DNA from: Octopus sinensis
Taxonomy: Eukaryota
NCBI RefSeq assembly: GCF_006345805.1
Contig: NC_043025.1
Span: 5,022,001 to 5,086,000, forward strand
Reading direction: 5' to 3'
DNA length: 64,000 bases
The notes under the pieces are model-generated. The model was not told where the DNA came from and made no database searches. It saw only the letters and a list, made by a program, of their open reading frames with translations. Below are positions 58,327-64,000 of this stretch, in pieces. Within the stretch, counting starts at the first letter, position 1. Every line of letters starts with the position of its first letter. The translations under genes and the position numbers were made by a program.

Positions 58327-59416
58327 CAGAAGAACTCGACTCTTGACTCTGTGAATTACTGCGCATGAGTTTATCCGGTGGGATTCTGTATTGTGAAGCA
58401 ACAAGTTTCGGAATCGCCTCTCCATCTTCAAGGAAGATCTGCATTCGAATAAATGGTTCACGACCTTTCTGTGTCAACATGTGCCACGGCTTGGGTCTTG
58501 CAAGTAGATCACTAACGCTACCCTGGGAAAGTCCAAGAACATTCTCACCAAATAGCCTTTGGCTGATTGAGTATTGACTGAGTGTTTCTTTCACCTGTTT
58601 CACCAGAATATCGGTGTCGATATTGGAATATTTGTCAAACTGTTCTTGAGTTATTGGTGGCAAAACAGCTTTGAGGGGTTTGGTGGATGGCGTGCCAACA
58701 TGAGATCGAGTGGTTAACGAATTAGCAATATTTTGCATTCGCTGCAAAGGTGATAAGCAGTCGGAAGGCAAATAGGAAGAGAATCTTGAAGGCTCATAGC
58801 TGTCCTGGCCATTAAGACGTGGCCGAACCAGGCAAAAGGCACTTCCTGAATGTCGGGTGCTATCGGCAAATGCTGCTTCCGTTGTTGGTGTCTGTGGCGC
58901 GCTATGGGGTTTACTAAGATCGATTGGACCATTTGTCTGAGACGCATTCTCTTCAGAAGAATTGTCCGGTGGTTCTGTTTTGATGTTCACTTTATCCTGC
59001 TGATGGAAACTTTCCTGTGACTGCGGCGTGTTTCGGTGAATGTTCTGTGCAATACGAGCAAGTTCTTGTTGGTACATTGTACTTGCTGCCACGTTACCGG
59101 CGCTCTCTGCTGCCTGAGCGAGCTTTGTCAACTCCTCGCGATAGATGCGGGTCACCATTTCTTTGGCAGCCATCTCGCGCTCTTTGGAAGAGGAATTCTG
59201 CGAAGAGATGTTCTTGTGACTGTGTTTACGCTCGGTTGGGGTACCAGATTCACTGCGACTTCGAGAAGAGTTCACAGAGACAGCTGAAGGACTAGACCGA
59301 CCGATTGAGTTCATTGTCGCTGTGCCATTTGTGGAGGTCAATGAACTTTTGGAAGATGACACAGTGTTCTTGGAGTGTTCCTTGTATCCGGCAGAAAGTG
59401 GTACGGGTGTAGACAC
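58327..59416 (-). CDS. cut: Cut/CUX exon encoding a CUT repeat (CR2-like)
   Basis: CTCAG acceptor (59417), GTGAGT donor (58326); 1090 nt, phase 0-1; [66 protein letters not shown]. Confidence 0.97.
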
Positions 59417-59609
59417 CTGAGGAATATGGATAAGAAAAATCAAGATTGAGTCATGAAGATGGTGATAATTATGAAAATGATGATGAGGATGCTGATAATG
59501 GTCGTGATGATTGTGATGGAGATGACAGCAATGATTGTAACAATAAAAGAGATGAGAAATGATGTGGAATTTGGAGAGGTGAAATGGTTGAGTGGGTGAG
59601 TTGACTTAC

Positions 59610-59702
59610 CTGCAATGGGTGACTTAAATTTGTGGTCAAGTCATGTACGACGGAAGGTGATCGTTGCTGGCTGGTATGTTGTATACCAGAAAAAGATTTA
59701 CC
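59610..59702 (-). CDS. cut: Cut/CUX small internal exon (93 nt)
   Basis: Pyrimidine tract plus TTCAG acceptor (59703), GTAAGT donor (59609); only open frame GKSFSGIQHTSQQRSPSVVHDLTTNLSHPLQ, phase 0-0, fits both neighbours. Confidence 0.8.
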
Positions 59703-59895
59703 CTGAATGGAAAGAAGAACTTCACATTATTCATATGGATCAGATTAAATTTGTTGAGGCAGATCTTCTAAGGCTGGATGCCTTTTCTATCTAGCTGACC
59801 CTCACCTTTTCCCAATATTAAAAAATAAGGCTAAAGCAACCTCCTTGAGCCCTATGGACTCATAAGGGCCAGTTTCCTAGCTTCCATGGTGTATG

Positions 59896-59935
<40 letters not shown>

Positions 59936-59949
59936 CAGACAGATAGATA

Positions 59950-60098
59950 GAGTGGTTGGTGTTAGGAAGGGCATTCAGCTGCAGAAACTTTGCCAGATCA
60001 AATTGAAGCCTGGTGCAGCCATCTGGCTCACCAGTCCTCAGTCAAACTGTCCAACACATGCCAGCATGGAAAGCAGACGCTAAACAATGATGATGATG

Positions 60099-60100
<2 letters not shown>
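59950..60100 (+). mobile_element. 3' end of an abundant retroposon with (GAT)n tail
   Basis: ...CAGTCAAACTGTCCAACACATGCCAGCATGGAAAGCAGACGCTAAACAATGATGATGATGAT; related tails at 590-635, 36010-36051, 37880-37921 and (minus) 38046-38090. Confidence 0.65.
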
Positions 60101-60134
<34 letters not shown>

Positions 60135-60137
<3 letters not shown>

Positions 60138-60400
60138 TGAAGGCACTTGGCTCAGTGGTTAGAGTATAGGGATCACAATAATGAGGTAGTGAGTTTGATT
60201 CCTGGACCAGGCTGTACATTGTGTTCTTGAGCAAGACACTTTATTTCGTGTTGCTCCAGCTCACTCAGCTGTAGAAAAGGGTTACCATGTCACTGGTGCC
60301 TAGCTGTATCAACCTGGGTGACTGATGGTTTTCCATAAACAACTTTGCTCAGAGTTGTTCCTCGCAGAGTAACATTCTAGGTGCAATCCCTTCTTGGGGT
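60135..60400 (+). mobile_element. Family B tRNA SINE
   Basis: GGCTCAGTGGTTAGAG...GTTCTTGAGCAAGACACTTTATTTC...CACTCAGCTGTAGAAA. Confidence 0.75.
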
Positions 60401-61850
60401 GCGCATGGCCTAGTGGTTAGGACACGGCACTCAGAATCACAAGATTGTAGTTTCAATTCCCAGACCAGACAGTGCATTATGCTCTTGAGCAAAAGACTTC
60501 ACCTTGTGTTACTCTGCAATCACTTTGACCCCTTATGTGTGGTGCACAGTGCACCTGTTCGGACAATGTCAATATGATGGAGAGAGTGAGCACACCCATT
60601 TGATCATTATAAACAAAACATTTGTGCAGGCCATATGTTGTCTTCGGCAGGAGAGACCATAGAGTATACATATATTTACTCCCAGGATAGGATGCTGGTC
60701 AGTTGCAAGCTTGCTCACATTTGCCAGCCGAGTGGACTGTAGCAATGTGAAGTAAAGTATCTTGGTCAAGAACACAAAGCGTTGCCTGGTCTGAGAATAG
60801 AAACCACAATCGTGCAATGATGAGTCCAAAACACCCTAACTACAAGGCCACAGGCTTCCACACCTTTTTCCAAGCAAGGTAATAATTCCCCAACGCCAGA
60901 CATATTTTTCACAGAAGGCTGGAAACGAATAAAATTGCTTGTATGACACTGATGTTCATTTACGACCACCACATGATGTCAGCACAGGCGTACACACATG
61001 CATGCACACACACAAACATTAGATCGTTAGCTCCTACACACATTTTTTTCTCTCCTTATATTTTTCTGTGTATCTTTCTGTCGAAGAGTGTAGGCTCGAA
61101 ACGTAAAAGACTTTTTCTATTCCTGAGTGCTATACTAATACATTTGTTTGTTTGTACTCCACCTACCTTCATCTTTTGTTTATTTTCGTAAACCTTCCTG
61201 TTATATATACATATATATATAGGACCGTTTCAGTTGTTGTCACAGATTTGGGAATCAACTAAGAATCATTCAAAGCAGTGCCCCAGCATGGGCACAGTCT
61301 AATGACTGAAACTAGTAGAAGATTAAAGATATAGTCAGACTGTCTACAGAGAACTAGAAAATGCATAAATCTGGGACACTTCAGGTCCCAAGCTTCCCAG
61401 TAAATTGGTCGGGTAGTGTACTAGAAACTTTACAAGAATTGGCAATAATACACAACATTGAGCCATTTGATTCGTTAGTGTCTTTCTACACTGAGGCCAT
61501 GAAGACAGTAATTGTCCTGGTATTGCTGGCCTTGTGCAAAACTTTGAAACCAAATATTTTCACGACTCAAGGGAGTGAGCTGGCAGAAATGTTAGCATGT
61601 CAGGCAAAATGCTTAGAATTGTTTCATCTGTTTTTTGATGATGGGAATTTGAATTTCCCTGCGGTCGACTTTCATCCTTTCAGGGTTGACAAAATAAGTA
61701 GCCATTGAACACTGGGGGGGTCGTCGATGTAATGAACTTACTTTTATTCCCAAAACTGCTGGGCTTGTACTAACATTTGAAACCCTTATTTCCTGCACTC
61801 ATTCAGAGTGCAGCGTGTGATTAGTGAACAAGAATAACGCCAACACTTAC

Positions 61851-61966
61851 ATGTTCCGATGACTTCATCTTCATGGCGTGTTGAGCAGCGCTCAGAATTT
61901 GGTTGATGCGTTCTTCTGTAGCGGAATCTTCCCTCTGAGTACTAGTGATCAAACCTTGAGATCCAG
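61851..61966 (-). CDS. cut: Cut/CUX internal exon (116 nt)
   Basis: TGTTTCAG acceptor (61967), GTAAGT donor (61850); GSQGLITSTQREDSATEERINQILSAAQHAMKMKSSEH, resembling the helical segment after the first CUT repeat of CUX proteins; phase 1-0. Confidence 0.8.
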
Positions 61967-62134
61967 CTGAAACAGGGCAAACAAGAGGTTCTAGAACCAA
62001 CAACAACAACAACAACAGCAACAAGTGTAGGTTTCAATAAGGGAAGGGTTTTTAATAAGGGAACAAGGGACAAATCCCCTCTCTCTACCCCCAACAGAAA
62101 CCAGTGAAAGTATATACTGAGGTAGCATTTTTTT

Positions 62135-62350
62135 CTCTTTTCTCTTTTTACTTGTTTCAGTCAATTTGACTGCGGCCATGCTGGAGCACCGCCTTTAATC
62201 GAGCAACTCGACCCCGGGACTTATTCTTTGTAAGCCCAGTACTTATTCTATCGGTCTCTTTTGCCAAACCGCTAAGTGACGGGGACATAAACATGCCAGC
62301 ATCGGTTGTCAAGCAATGCTAGGGGGACAAACACAGACACACAAACATAT

Positions 62351-62391
<41 letters not shown>

Positions 62392-62562
62392 CACATATAT
62401 ACAACGGGCTTCTTTCAGTTTGCGTCTACCTAATCCACTCACAAGGCTTTGGTCGGCCTGAGGCTATAGTAGAAGACACTTGCCCAAGGTGCCACGCAGT
62501 GGGACTGAACCTGGAACCATGTGGTTGGTAAACAAGCTACTTACCACACAGCCACTCCTGCA

Positions 62563-62618
<56 letters not shown>

Positions 62619-62780
62619 ATGGGCTTCTTTCAGTTTCCGTCTACCAAATCCACTCAGAAGGCTTTGGTTGGCCTGAGGCTATAGTAGAAGACACTTGCCG
62701 AAGGTGCCACACAGTGGGACTGAACCTGGAACCATATGGTTGGGAAGCAAGCTACTTACCACATAGCCACTCCTGCGCAA
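62135..62780 (-). mobile_element. Full family C SINE (62135-62565) plus head fragment (62620-62780)
   Basis: Reverse complement of family C. Confidence 0.9.
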
Positions 62781-62834
62781 GTAACTGCATATGATGGAGG
62801 ACAAGGGTGGGTAGGTGGAAATGAACAAGAATAA

Positions 62835-63556
62835 AGGTGCAGGCATGGCTGTGGGGTTGTGAAGCTTGCTCTCCAACTATGTACTTTCAGGTTCAGTCCC
62901 ACTGCACAGCACTTGAGGAAAGTGCCTTCTACTATACAGCTGGGCCAACCAATGCCTTGTGGTGAATTTGGTAGATGGAAACTGTGTGGAAGCTTTCATC
63001 ATATATATGTGTGTGTGCGTTTGTCCCACTTCCACCACCCCTACCACCACTTGACGACTGGTGTTGGTTTGTTGCGTCCTTGTAACTTGGCCGTTTGTTA
63101 TAAGGAGTAGATAGAATAAGCACCACATTTACAAAAAAAAACAAAACAAATAGGCGCAGGAGTGGCCGTGTGGTAAGTAGCTTGCTAACCAGCCACATGG
63201 TTCTGGGTTCAGTCCCACTGCGTGGCATCTTGGGCAAGTGTCTTCTGCTATAGCCCCGGGCCAACCAATGCCTTGTGAGTGGATTTGGTAGACGGAAACT
63301 GAAAGAAGCCTGTCGTATATATGTATATATATATGTGTATGTATATGTTTGTGTGTCTGTGTTTGTCTCTCTAGCATTGCTTGACAACCGATGCTGGTGT
63401 GTTTATGTCCCCGTCACTTAACGGTTTGGCAAAAGAGACTGATAGAATAAGTACTGGGCTTACAAGGAATAAGTCCCGGGGGTCGATTTGCTCGACTAAA
63501 GGCGGTGCTCCAGCATGGCCGCAGTTAAACGACTGAAACAAGTAAAAGAGTAAAAG
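62835..63556 (+). mobile_element. Degenerate plus full family C SINE (63151-63556)
   Basis: Full match to family C. Confidence 0.9.
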
Positions 63557-64000
63557 AATAAACTGGGGTCGGTTTGTTTGACTGAACCCTTCAAAGCAGT
63601 GCTCAAATACATCTGGGGGAACACAAAAAAAAAAAAAAAAAAAACCCCAACAAAATACATAAGTGGATTAGAGGGAGAGACAGAGAAACAGATTAATAGA
63701 TAGACTTGGATTATATGAGAGAAATTAATCTTACCTGGCTTCGTATAAGTTTCCTTTAACACACTATCTGGTGGCTGCTTTTTTATACCTGCAATGTTTA
63801 AAAAATTTGCCTAAATATAATATCAACACAGTGAGGATGGGACACAGTAGTTGTAGAGCCAGTGGTCATTTCAGTGATTGTAGTAGTAGTAGTAGTAGTA
63901 GTTGTTTGGTATTAGTTGTAGGGGTTAGGGTTAGGCGAGCTGGCAGAATTGTCAGCACGCCAGGCGAAATGCGTAGCTGTATTTCGTCTACCGTTACATT

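Noticed and set aside
63918-63936. Interstitial telomeric repeat (GGGGTTAGGGTTAGG)
   Set aside because: Only about two units; expected by chance next to a SINE.

Overview
Eukaryotic, AT-rich, microsatellite-saturated genomic DNA. The SINE families and 5S rRNA termini suggest a coleoid cephalopod, most likely Octopus (my recognition, not a database result). The only host protein-coding gene is the 3' half of a cut/CUX homeobox gene on the minus strand. Five coding exons with canonical, phase-compatible splice sites (61851-61966, 59610-59702, 58327-59416, 49857-50288, 21928-22853) encode two CUT repeats and a Cut-class homeodomain; the 5' exons lie beyond base 64000. A 27-kb intron separates the last CUT exon from the homeobox exon, and an approximately 8.5-kb transposon-free stretch below the stop codon may be a long 3' UTR. 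The rest is repeats: several tRNA-derived SINE families, fragments of CR1, RTE and R4/Dong LINEs, a deleted mariner, Helitron-type elements, a piggyBac-type MITE, four minisatellite arrays (108, 139, 172 and 36 bp units) and a 5S rRNA copy fused to a retroposon tail. The most unusual signal is a set of intronic fold-back palindromes (42591-42771, 27191-27438, and degenerate 25472-25608 and 53905-54064) whose arms carry minimal type I hammerhead-ribozyme motifs pointing outward from the loop, so the antisense arm is always transcribed before the ribozyme. Almost all ORF-track entries are microsatellite or repeat artefacts. All coordinates and alignments were derived by eye.
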